Source: Haliotis rubra
Taxonomy: Eukaryota
Assembly: GCF_003918875.1 (NCBI RefSeq)
Contig: NW_025767679.1
Location: forward strand, 620,001-684,000
Length of the DNA: 64,000 bases
Reading direction: 5' to 3'
Both the position numbers and the translations under genes were made by a program. The notes beneath the pieces are model-generated. The model made no database searches. It saw only the letters and a list, made by a program, of their open reading frames with translations, and had not been told where the DNA came from. This document shows positions 11,728 through 24,048 of the stretch, piece after piece; positions within the stretch are counted from its first letter, which is position 1, and each line of letters opens with the position of its first letter.

Positions 11728-14433
11728 TAACTACGCCAGACAAGTGGGAAGGATTATACCAGGACCTACAATGGACGTACTTGATGCCTAGCATTTGTCT
11801 GTTAGCTATACAGGACAGGCTGAATGCCTAACAATTTGCCATCTTATGGCCGGAACTACATTGGAAATGTTTGAGTTTCTTTGACTGCAGTAGCCCTTAT
11901 ATATAAAATATCCAAACCCATTATGGATGTCTGAAGTCAGCAGCAAAGACATTCTGTTATATGTATCCTCTCGGAGAGTGTAATGATCATGGAATACCGC
12001 AGTCATCTGATACACTTATTAAAGCTTTGAACTACATCAGTTTACTTATCAACATTGGTCCATCAGAATGGCTTTCATGCTCCAGGCTAATGGTTATGGT
12101 AACCATAGTAACAGACTGCAACTGTAGTATTTAAAGTCAGTTTGTTTGATGGTGAATATCGGAGACCCTTGAAGTTTGACTTGAGGAGGAAACTCTTACC
12201 TTTGTGACTTACATGCAGTCAGTATTTTGAGCTACTTTGCATGTATGTTGTGTCAGTATGTTTGTCAGTTTGTTGGGTGTATGCTGGAAACAACAATGCA
12301 TCCATTTAATGGAAAGGGGCTTGAAAATTTGAAATCACATGTTGTATGAGAAATGGCCCCAGGGTTGTCTGCCTGACAAAGGAATGCACTGAACCCAACT
12401 TGCATTTGTGTGAAGGAAAAATCTTCAACTGGACAAAATTACATTGATAACAAGTAGCAAATGTATTTTTATTTTGATTGAACTTTAATTTATAATGATC
12501 AATAGTAAATGTTTATGACACACATGACATAGTGTATGATGATGTCATGGCTCAATAAATAAGTGAAAATACATTGTATTAAAGAAACTATAAATATGTT
12601 GTACACAACCTGAACAAGTACACCCAAGAACTTTTGTTCTAGGATAAGCATGATAAGAACTGAAGAAAGTTAGTATTCATAATTAGCCTCCAGCAAAGTA
12701 GGAATATACATTGCCAGGGTGTCAGTGTCTGAAGTGATTGAGGAGCTGGACATGGGGGGGGGGATAGAGAGGGGGACAGACTGGCAGACATTACTGTCAT
12801 ACTGTGGTAGGTCAAGGGACAGGGCAAATTCTGGAATACCTGGCTCTGTTGACAGACATGTCTGGACAGGGTTGTGTGCTCACTGGACACTGGTCACTGC
12901 TTGCATAGGAAGTCCCCAGTGGAGGGGGATAAGACAAGGGGTTATATTGATGGTGGTTGTTTGCTGATTGATGGTCTCAAAGTGAGATAATCTGATTATG
13001 TGATGTGAGGCATCTAACTTCTCATTGATGTCAAGTAATTACAGGCGACTATTCTTGTATTGTTAAATATTGTAAAGTTGATATTTGGACCTTACATAAC
13101 ACTGTTTCATTGATTAGACAAAACTGAGACAAACTGATGAAATAGAGTTTAAGAACAATCTATCTGTAAATTCTGAAAAAAAAGGATTTTCGATTTTAAA
13201 TGGTAAAAAAAGAAATGTTAATTTTGAACATTTAAAATTTCAAGTCTTTCATAAACAATTGCACTACCCAGTAATTATAACCAATATACACATAGATTGT
13301 ATTCATTAAAGATCTCTGCACTGTTTCAACATCACTTCTTGCTAAGAGTAATCTTGATGAGAATGCTAATTGCTTGTAATCCACTTTGCATAATGATGAG
13401 ATATTGGGTCCTCCCTGCATGTGAAATACCCACACAATGTCCTGACTGTCTGGACAGTTTGGTCAGCGAAATGACCACATCAGTGGCTTTGCTTTCATGG
13501 CTTCCCTGCCTGAAATGGGTCAAACGCTGATTTACTGATTGCTATCAATTTAGGATGCCTCAGTCCCCATAAAACTCATTTGGGGAGGTTTGATTCGTTT
13601 CTTAGTCATGTAGCCCTTGCATTTCCTTAATGTGTTGGTTTTAGAGCATTTTACACATAGGGAAACTAATTCATTTGAATCTTTCTGAATGTATTGCCTC
13701 TGTTTAATAACAGACTGAATATAAATGAAAGAAATATGGGAAACTGTATTTGTGGAGCTTACTTTTACCATCTGTTACAAGTTCTGAAAAGTGCTAGAGG
13801 GAAGTGGTTCATCCATTATTGATGAATGTCATTTATAACACTATTGGTACAAAGGTTTCAATTATTTTAAAAAAAAAGACTTGAAAAATTCATCTTTTCT
13901 GTCTTAATTTTCAATAATGTTCTCAAGGATTTTTGTGTTTATCAATTAAGTTCTTTCATGTCGATAATAAAAGAACAGTGAAGGGAAAATCAACACACTT
14001 ACTTATAATTTTTAGTGAATAAGTTGTGTTAATGACCCATAATTTGGGGTTCGTGTTCTTTTTGGGAGTGATCAAAGAAAATTTAAATATATGTAACTAA
14101 GGGAGCCGGGAAGAGAACAAATGATATGTCATGTTGAAGAGACATATCATCATAAATGCATATTTAGGCAAGGAAAAAATAAGTTCAAATTTCTTTTGAA
14201 ATTTCTGACCAATAAGTGTCTAGTAATATATCTCAGAAAATATTTCATAATATTTAGTTTCTGCAGCTGTTTATTATTTATAGGATAATTATGTTAATAA
14301 TATAAATTCCATATTTCACAGAATTATATGTTTTTCTGTTATTAGAATCTGTCACATTGTCACAATGTTTTAACATGAATTGCTGAGGAATTCTGTTCAT
14401 AATGTTGACACCATATTTGGTGTATTTAGTGCC

Positions 14434-14598
14434 AGGGGCGGTGGGGTAGCCTAATGGTTAAAGCGTTGGCTCGTCATGCCGAAGACCCGGGTTCGAATCC
14501 CCACATGGGCACAATATGTGAAGCCCATTTCTGGTGTCCGCCCGTGATGTTGCTGGAATATTGCTAAAAGCGGCACAAAACCAAACTCAGTCAGTCAG
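14434..14598 (+). mobile_element. Short tRNA-derived SINE (family A), full length
   Basis: A box TAGCCTAATGG, B box GGTTCGAATCC, (TCAG)n tail, and TSD GTATTTAGTGCC at 14422-14433 and 14598-14609. Confidence 0.92.
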
Positions 14599-14949
14599 TA
14601 TTTAGTGCCCCAGGTGTTTCGCTAATTAAAATCTAATAGGGGCACTTATTAGTATTCCCTTTGAAGGGGGGTACTAATTAGGAACAGGTTTAAAACCACA
14701 CAAAACAGTTAATTAACTTTTTTTGCCATGCCTTTGTATGAGAGGGTTCACGCTTTCCTCAGTGACCTATACTGACTGCATATACTGCTCACTTTTTCTT
14801 CTGTGCAGAAAGATGAAATATACATGCAGTAATGAATTCTAATATTGTTTTCACTTTTGTACCATTAATCATGCAATTGAACTTATATATTGGGACTCAT
14901 TTGTTATATCATTTTTATTGATTTTCGGGGAATTAATGTTTTTACATTT

Positions 14950-15191
14950 CAGGGGTGGAAATAACTTTAAAATTGCTAGTGTGCATCGGTACAGTGGCAC
15001 ATGTAAAATCACTTACCCTGATAATTTTTTCCTCTATACCGGCCAATTTTCTTGTTGATTTTTTAAATAAACAACATAATTAACTTTGGAAAGTCAACTG
15101 GACATTGGTACAGCGTGATATACAAATTTGCTTGCCTGACTGGAAAAAACACTGGACTCGGACGTCGGGCAATGGGTTATTTCCACCCCTG
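14950..15191. mobile_element. Non-autonomous DNA transposon with CAG termini (hAT-like)
   Basis: Perfect 16-bp TIR CAGGGGTGGAAATAAC/GTTATTTCCACCCCTG, with a 5-bp direct repeat CATTT on both sides. Confidence 0.8.
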
Positions 15192-17074
15192 CATTTACTT
15201 TTTTTTTGGGGCCATTATATGCCGCTCACCTGATAAGAAACAAAGGAAGTTAAAAAAATTAAAATAGTAAAAATAGCAAATTTTATCTTTCAAATATTCC
15301 CAGAAACAGAGTGGAGCAGAGAGAAAGGTAATGCCACAGGCTGCTCAGCTGGCATATATGATATACTCAAGTGTGCAACTAACATCTCCATATTCCCTTT
15401 TTATTTGTATTTTTTTTCCATCCCTACTGACCTAATAAGGTTTTTTTAAATTATGTAAACCAAGTAATTTTACAAAAAGGCCTAATATACGTAAAAATAT
15501 CCTTTCACAGCAATCAGCTGTAGCAATTCTTAGTTACAAATGAAGGGCAGTTCACTCAGGCAGTACTCTGAACATTCCTGCTCTGTTATTAGTGTTCTAC
15601 TTTTATTAAACTCTCAACTTCAGTTATTTAGAAATTATACAGTTTGTGTCATAAATAGAACTCGGGACATAACATAAGTATTAATTTCACAAAAGACTCC
15701 ACCTAATAATAAGCAGAATAAAGATTTCCAATTATATATTCTCACTGATATATTTTCAGATTTTTCTTGGAAATTTGATAATGTGTTTAGAAAGGTAACA
15801 CTTTGGAGTAAATATTATGTTCTGTGATTCCATCATATCTGTATCTGCAGCAAGTGTGGCTCTATACTTCGGGCATATCCACTCAGCTCATGGCTCAATA
15901 CACAGCTTTTATTCCTAATTGATGGTCAGGCAGGCAGGCAGGCAGGTCATATTGGCAAACTGATGGCCACAATCGTGGTCACTGAAGGATAGAAGTTACC
16001 CACAACCACAAAATGCAGGCAACAAAACTGTCAGTACCTCTCAAGGGCCTCCCTGTTGTTTGATTGTGCCCCATGCCATGTATATGTGAGATGTAATGGT
16101 CTTTTGCCTAGCTTGACCTGGTTCCGGTATTGTTTTCTGGTGAGGTATTGATTGAAGCTGGTCCGTGACCTAGATGTTCCCATATTTACTATGTGGCACA
16201 GATACAATTAGGTCACAGAATAGAGAGAGCAAGCTGGTGATCTTGGATGGGGAAATTCACATGCTACAGGTTGGACCTTGTTGTTGGAAGGGATCGGGAG
16301 AGTTTGATTGATTGATATGTACCAGTGTACATTTACTGTGGTAAGTCAAATCTGTGTGTTGTTTCGTGTAACATGTGGTAGTCATTAGATGTAGAACTGA
16401 TTTCTCTGCTGGGTGGTTTGCAAGGAAAATGTTGGCATGGTGAACACACCAAACAGAACCAGGGATGTTGGTATTTGTAGTATTGTGGTGCTTACAGGAA
16501 TAGACATATTGGCAATTCAGGGAGGTAGGTTCAGACTTTGACATACTGTTGTTTTGCCTTTGTAACGAAATTGATTATCAATATTGGGAATCATATGAAA
16601 CACAGACTGTATGTTGCAGCAGTAGGACTTCTTTGGTTAATACAACACATACAGGCTAATGATATGTTAGGTGATGTTAAAAGTTTATCTCTGATTTAAT
16701 TAAAACTTGATTTGTTACAGTTAGGTGGTTAATCAACTTATAATGACGTGTAAGGAAAATTTATATTCACCTTAAAATACTCATAATATAATGTTGTGGA
16801 GAAGACATTTTACTGTTACTTAACTGAAATATTTAGACCAATGAGAAAGTACAATTTATTTCAGTATTATATATCACTCCAGTTTGTTTTTTACTCAAAT
16901 GAAGTGGTATCAAACTGGTATAACATGTGCTTGTTTCTATGGGTATTATGATCAAAATCTGTGCTGAAACTGTTAACACTAGAAACCCAGTTGATGATAC
17001 AGATCTTTTCCTATTTTCGTGGAAGTCCAATGTGTTGTTGTATACATGTGATTGCATGAGTAGGTATAATACTA

Positions 17075-17226
17075 GGGCCCCGTTTCACAAAGCTCTTGTA
17101 AGCTTAAAGATCTCGTAACTTTTCTCGTAGCATTTGTACCTCCTATACTGTAACATAGGGAGTATGAATGCTACGAGAAAAATTACGAGATCTTTAAGCT
17201 TACGAGAGCTTTGTGAAACGGGGCCC
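17075..17226. mobile_element. Palindromic MITE (PIF/Harbinger-like termini)
   Basis: Near-perfect fold-back of about 70-bp arms: GGGCCCCGTTTCACAAAGCTC...GAGCTTTGTGAAACGGGGCCC. Confidence 0.85.
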
Positions 17227-18534
17227 AGGCAGATGCTATTCTGGGTACTGTTCGGACCAATAGTATACTCAGGTATAATCCAGGTAGGTGTTACTTGGAA
17301 GAATGGAGGTGATCACTGACCCAATTTACCATTATCGGAACAGATTTGGATCTAGGTCAAAGGCCATTGAGGATATGTAGAGTGATAACTGGGTCAGCCC
17401 TGATCAGGGGACTAAAGCTCAATGTGTCCAAATGCTGAAGTAGTCTTGTAATGATGTCCTATAGAGGCTTCTGTGACTTTTATGAATGTCATAGAATGAC
17501 TACATATGTGTGAGTTGATGTTTTAAGAACTCTGGGTTGCTCAGATGCAGTTCATGGTGGTTGTTTGTCATCCTAGGTCACTCACATTTGGAACAGATGT
17601 TATGTTGTGTTTGTATCTGTTTGAAATTGAATCATGTCAATCAGACAAGGTCCATTCATTGAAAGGTTAAATGAAACTGAACAAGAATGTGTGACACTTA
17701 ATTAAAAATTGTTAAATATATATAGGTGTTTGGGGTGAGTTATGATGGATAAGGACTGTACAGTTGTCATGTATTGGGTTCTTGGTTTGTTGAAGCTCTT
17801 CGTTGCCATGATCTCTATTTTACATTTTTGTGGAATATGGTACCGTAATGAAGCGCTTGGTATGTGGAAAAAATCCTCAATGTTTGTGACTTTGGTTAGG
17901 CAAATGTAACGTGAAGGTCGTCAATGATATTGGTCAACAATATTGATACCAAGTAAGAGATTCATAAAAACATGTACATTTCATATTTAACTATCAAGTG
18001 CTGATTTAGCTTGAATGGAAGCATTGTTATATTTGCGTGTTATCATGTAACCAATACACCATAATATTGCATGTCACATTCAATGCTGAAGTACATTTCA
18101 CTCCCTATCAGTCATGTGTCAATCAATCACAGTGTGTTAACATTATTGAACCGACACCATATGAAATTGACAGCTTATTGATAACAGTATCCAAGGGATA
18201 CATTTGTGACATCCATATTAAGCCACACACAGCATCTGTGAAACTGGTATATTTTCCCTGTCGCAAAAAGTAATTTGTTATTCTGACAATCCTTGGAGCC
18301 ATATGACAAGGGATGGAGATGCAGGTAATTGGGGCAAAGGACACTGGTACATTGTTGATAGCCTGGACTGCACACTGAGATCAAAGTGACTGATGAAAGG
18401 TACATTGTTCTAGCATCAGCAGCTCTGTCCCCCAACAGCTGACAGCAGATTGATAGGTGTACATAGCATGTCGGTTTCATCACTCTGTCAGTGGTACATC
18501 ATGACTGTGAGCATGGTTTATTGCTTTAAAATAT

Positions 18535-18751
18535 AGACAGGGAAAGAAACCTTTCAAAATTTCCCACTAGACCACAGGGCCAGTGAGTGGACAATGATTT
18601 GTGGTCCTCTCTGTACTTCACTGGTCCAACATACTTAACTATCAATACAACATTCACTGGCCACCAGGACAACTGCAAACTTATCATTTAGTGGTCGTGA
18701 TGAATTTGTAATAGCCAGGGACCACAGGACCTGTATAAATTTCGCACACTA
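18535..18751. mobile_element. Old hAT-like non-autonomous element remnant
   Basis: Ends in AATTTCGCACACTA and has repeated GACCAC/GTGGTC subterminal motifs. The left end is degenerate. Confidence 0.35.
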
Positions 18752-21683
18752 TATGGATACTCAGGTTTGTTTCTGATAAGTTTCAGTAAACATTCATTCA
18801 TTTGTTCGTTCTTCAATCCTTCCTTCTTTGATTCAGTCATTCAGTAATTCAGTCATCAGCAACAACACAATAGTTGATGTGTTGTAGTTTTCATCTTTCT
18901 GTTAGGGGAAGTGGTATAAATATTTTCAGTGTTACTCATCTGATTGAAACACTAGTTCCATACCTTTGTCAATCTGACATTTCTTCAACCATACAACCAG
19001 GACTGATTGTAGGTTGTCATACCTGCTCACAAATATACAAGTATGTATGACAAACCAAGTACTAATGTAGGCTTTAGCTACTGCAATAACAAATTGGGAA
19101 AACATTCTGTATAAACAGTATACCTGTACTTGATGTACATTGAACCCTTTTTACTCAAATTTGACTGATCATAACTGACTTGTGAAAAATAATCATAAAA
19201 AGTCCATTAGTGTTTAAGTGTTTTCCCATGCAAGCCAGTGTTTCATACAAAAATAGTCATTATAAAAAAAAATTGTCATTAAAATATAAACTTCATATAG
19301 CCTTACTCTCCATCTGAACTATGACAGTTTGTTTGGTCCGGTCGATAAAACAGTATTGTTTCCTTTTGAAAGGAGAATAATAATGGTCAGATTATCATGT
19401 TAATGTAGGCAGTCTCTTCATACGTTTATGTTAGAGAGGAAAGGACAATGTTGAATTCACTGGACAACTGTAATAATAACATACTTAATGAATGGACAGA
19501 AATCTATACAGTAATGTACTCAACGTGTTGCACCATTACAATGTAGGTCTAAGCATGTTGCCAGCAGCTCCATTCACTGGTGGCTGTAGCCAGAGCATTC
19601 ATTGTCACAGTAGTGAAATTGACCAGTGTTAATTTCAACAGTCTGTCACTTACGCTCATAATGATACATGTAAAGATCTATAAATGCACATTCAGGGATC
19701 AGCTGGGGAAAGGGTTAGGGCTCCAGCTTTGCAACTGCTATGAAAAAGAGCCATTAGCAAGATGATGATGGATAATTGTTAGTTCCTGAATTTATAATTT
19801 TGGATATTGGAAATGACTTTACAGTGTAAATATACTGATGTAGTTTTAGGTTAGGATCAAAGGCGTACAGGGGACTGATTAACTTGAAACAGCCAAACAC
19901 CATTGAGAGAATGCTGGGCCGATGTGGCTGGTGGGTTTGATCCCACACTTCAAAGAATGTACAAGATAAAATAGTTAATTTGTCTCTGCCCAGACTTTTA
20001 TTTCTTGGCCTACAGATCTTTTATTGAAAACTCAGGGTTGATAGAAAAAGAATATATAAAAAGACGTTTGAGAAAGTGTTGTGATGTGTGCTGCGGTGGT
20101 TCAGTTAGTCAAACTGGTCCTTCTTTGAACCTTTAAATAAACGAGGTCATATTTTGAAGCTTTTTTTTCATACATTGCAGGATTTGTTCCTTACTGGGTC
20201 TGGGTAAACAATGGTTTTGTCTTATTGTATATTCAGACAGGATGATTGGTTTTGTAGTAATTGTGCCTGAACTATTTTCTGTTAAAAAGGTACAAGATCG
20301 CTGAAGTCCGATTTTCCATTAAGTGATTTATTGTCAACATCTTAATGATGATCATAAGCATTTCCATCATCATGAAAACATTATGATCACCGTCATCAGA
20401 TCCTTTCTGTATCATATGTAGGATCATGCATTTTATATAAGCTCTGAAAATTTACTGAACTGTGGATGCATAGCTATACTTGAATGAGAAATGACAGTAT
20501 GATACTAACTAGTGTAAATCATTGATCTTACATTAATTGATTCATCTTTGGAGAATATTCATGCAGATCTTGTATATCAGATATTTAAGAGATAGAACTT
20601 TAATAACTTCTTAACCGAAGACATTACCACGTCTTAGGCTTTGTTATTACATCTAATTTAGAGGCCATCTTCATTATAGGTAAACATCTCAAATTCTCAC
20701 AATTCTCTCTTTTGCAATACTTGTACCACAAATGGAATAATATTGCAGTAATGTTTGGACACCATTGCAATGATGACCATCTCCCAATAGCTACCCTGAA
20801 TATTACCTATGTTTTATAATGACTGTTGTGCAATGCCACCTGAAAATATGAAGTAAGCTTGACTGTCTGCTTGGTCCGCTTGTGGTGTCAACTGTCTGGC
20901 ATGTCCACTGTCAATCTGGGATGTCCACTGGAGTGAGATGGACATTCAGTAAACAACAGGGATCAAGTGTAGCCTGTGGCATATATCTAACTGCCTTGGC
21001 CAAAAGGTCAGCTCTTATTTCAAGGAGAGAAATTTATTTCCATTTCATAAGCTTTTCATGCCCTACCTGTCAATCTTGAAGGATGTATATAGCACTGGGG
21101 CTGATATCCAACATGGCTGTTTAATCCTTCTGTTCAGCATATGTTACAGGTATGGAGGTGTGTTTAACTTTAATCCTGGATTGTATTGCAGTCATGCTTC
21201 TTGTCAGTGGTCAATTGAGTTCTTTTGGTCACTTTAAAAAGAGTCCATTTAAAGGAAGGTGTACTTTGTGTAACCTGGACAGGATAACCAGAATTTTTTA
21301 TATTGAACTGTGTTTAGCATTCAAAATAACAGTTCTTTTAAAAATGTCATGATAAACGTATCATTGAATCGTCTTTTGTTACAATACTGCCTCAACAAAC
21401 CTGGGACAAGGCTTAATTTCTTAATGTGTTTAATGTGTCCAAATTTACAAACAGTCTCAGAACCTTTCAGAGCCATCAAACCAAATCATTCTAACACTAA
21501 AATGTCCAGATGGAATTCTCCTATAAAGATTCAATGAACTGAGGTTAATTAACTATCTTCGATGGATACGTGTGATTGTACATTTCAGTATCTGATTGGT
21601 ACATTTCGTTGCTCAGAATTAAGGAATGTTTCTCTGACACTTCGCTTCACAGCCTTTGAATGAGTTATTAATGTTAATGTCGC

Positions 21684-21809
21684 CAGCATGACAATGCCCA
21701 TAGACGCCAGTGCAGGGGCAAATCTCGAGTGCAGATTTGATTAGTCTCACCTACAGGGCATATTAGGTGTAATCAGGCTCATCCCGTTAAACCCCTAGCG
21801 GTTATGCTG
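21684..21809 (+). ncRNA. Candidate pseudoknotted multibranch RNA element
   Basis: 9-bp closing helix, an inner helix, two hairpins and a 6-bp loop-to-linker pairing (see findings). Confidence 0.55.
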
Positions 21810-22041
21810 TCTGTTTGAACCAAGCTGCTAATTATAGCTTTGATTACTTATTTACTGTATTGCATGTGAGGGTGGTTACATATCATGTATACTCAGCAGC
21901 AAGCTGAATGTTTGGTCATTGGGAAGGGATTTGAAATGTGGTATTATTGCTAACATATTTCTCATTTGAAACAAGGATATATGCAGTATGTTATTTAATT
22001 AATGAAAATTGTTTTAAGATTACAGGTAAAATCTGAACTTT

Positions 22042-22092
22042 GGTGTGTGTTTGTTTCCGTGTGTGTGTTTCCGTGTGTGTGTGTGTGTGTGA
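22042..22092. repeat. Imperfect (GT)n microsatellite
   Basis: GTGTGT runs interrupted by TTCC. Confidence 0.85.
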
Positions 22093-23994
22093 GTGCGACC
22101 GTTCATGCATGGGTGAGTTTCCATGTGTGTCTGTTGTCTTCTATATTTTGATTTATTGTAGTAGCAAGATTTATCAGACTAAAAGCAAACTTACTCCACA
22201 TCACGGATCACTTACAGCAATGTGAGTAGACAGGTGACATTCTTCTCCTAAAGACTTGACTACATTTTAACCTTGTTGGATCTTGTATAACTGCATGATG
22301 TCATCAGTGAAATGTCGGTCCATGTTAGCACTTGAGGGAAAGGCTTTTGTACTATCCATTCTCTAAAACAAGTATGAGACTGAAATGTGAAAATTTAGTA
22401 TTTTCTTCTAGATGATGTCTCATCCATAATGGTTAAAATCATTTGGAAAGTTAAACTCTGTTAGTTATAATTCATGCAAAACTGTTGATACAGTGATATT
22501 CCTAAAACCCATAGCAGTATATTGTGACTAAGGCAGAGTAGTGAATGCATACAATCCACCAATCATCAAGATTTGTTGCTGTTGTGGTGTTGTTTTGTTT
22601 TAAGTACTTTAAGCATTTAGTGACTAGTGAACATTGGTGGAGATGTTTTCAGTACCTGATGAAGAATTAGGTAGCATACCATTGATACAGAAGATTGGCA
22701 ATGAAAGATTTAACAATTTCATTTTCCAAGCATATGAACAGGTATGGTTTAGTTTCCTTGTTTGGTACGCCTTTGTAAAGGACTCATCATAGCAGTTGAT
22801 AGCCGTCATGGCCCCAAAATCAAACAGACAGAAGAAAGAACAAAACAAAGAAAGAATAAGGCCTATGTTGTTTCAGATGTCTTTTTAATCCCAATATGAC
22901 GTTGATGTGTTTATGCTGGTACCTTTATTAATATCACTAATTATTTGTTTAAGAAAATGTTTTTGAATGTCTATACAGGCAGTTGATCGATAACCTCACA
23001 CAGATATAAAAAAAAACAAGGTTATTTCCTGTTTCTGACATGCCCTAGGGTCAGAGAGTGTACTGCGTAGATTGAGGCGTGTGATATGTGCTGACGGACA
23101 AACCAGACATGGTCATAGGTCCCTTGACATGTGTGATGTAGATGCGTAGATGGAGTCCTTTTAAAACCAGTTTACTTTTTCACTGTCTTGTATTATCAGG
23201 TATAATATTTACTTCTGTGCTTTCAATGTTTTGATATATACGTTATAATATGAAATATTAGTTGAGAAATAAGTAACTGTGATCACTTGGTGATTTTAAT
23301 TAAAATTATTTTAACAGTAAACTGTGTGACCTTGACCTTTCTGTTGAAGATATATTTATAAAGAAACATACGAGAGATGATGGATACATAGTACTGAAAA
23401 GATGGTTGTGCTAAATGATGAAAGGAATTATCAGCTCAATACTAAGCCCGAACTTATTTGATGACCTTGACCTATCAGTTGCCAGAATTTATTTACTTGC
23501 CTGTTCTGCGAAATTAGTTTCTCACAATAGATCGGTCTCTGGGTAAAAGGAGATACAAATTAATAAAATCTTCAGACATTGATAAATTGCATTGATTTAC
23601 ACTAATACATAAATGGAATCCTTAGGAAAGTCTGACCAGTGCAGGGCTATTTGTCTTGTGACCACTTAAGTTTGTGGGAAATGTTTCCCCAGTGGACAGT
23701 CCAGCATAAGAGGGTGACATTTACACTGCCTTGTGTTTACAGAACTTATAACGTCAGTGTTCCAATAACAGAGGATAGATACCTCCACTGGGCATCTTGT
23801 GAATGAATACTCAGAAATTAGTAAGTATGTGATGTTGATGGTTGGGCTTGAAAGTCAAGAAGGAATACTCTTAGCATTTGGTAAGCAAAAGATTACCATG
23901 CTCTCTTTTTTTGAAAACGTTTTCAAACCAATGTGTAATAATTGTTTGGAATTAGAATACACCAGAATTTTATTTACTGGACTTTTTGCAATGC

Positions 23995-24048
23995 GTGAAT
24001 GAGTGAGTTTAGTTTTACACTGCACTCAGCAATATTCCAGCTATATGG
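23995..24048 (-). mobile_element. SINE family B 3' tail fragment
   Basis: GAGTGAGTTTAGTTTTACACTGCACTCAGCAATATTCCAGCTATATGG is the reverse complement of the family B 3' end. Confidence 0.8.

Noticed and set aside
12745-12780. G-quadruplex candidate
   Set aside because: Mainly a G homopolymer plus one G run; homopolymer length is unreliable and nothing else supports it.
14434-14510. tRNA gene calls at family A/C heads
   Set aside because: The A/B boxes are followed by a SINE body, tail and TSDs, and no complete cloverleaf is evident.
23743-23820. Possible exon TTACAG|...|GTAAGT
   Set aside because: Stops in all frames and a weak pyrimidine tract.
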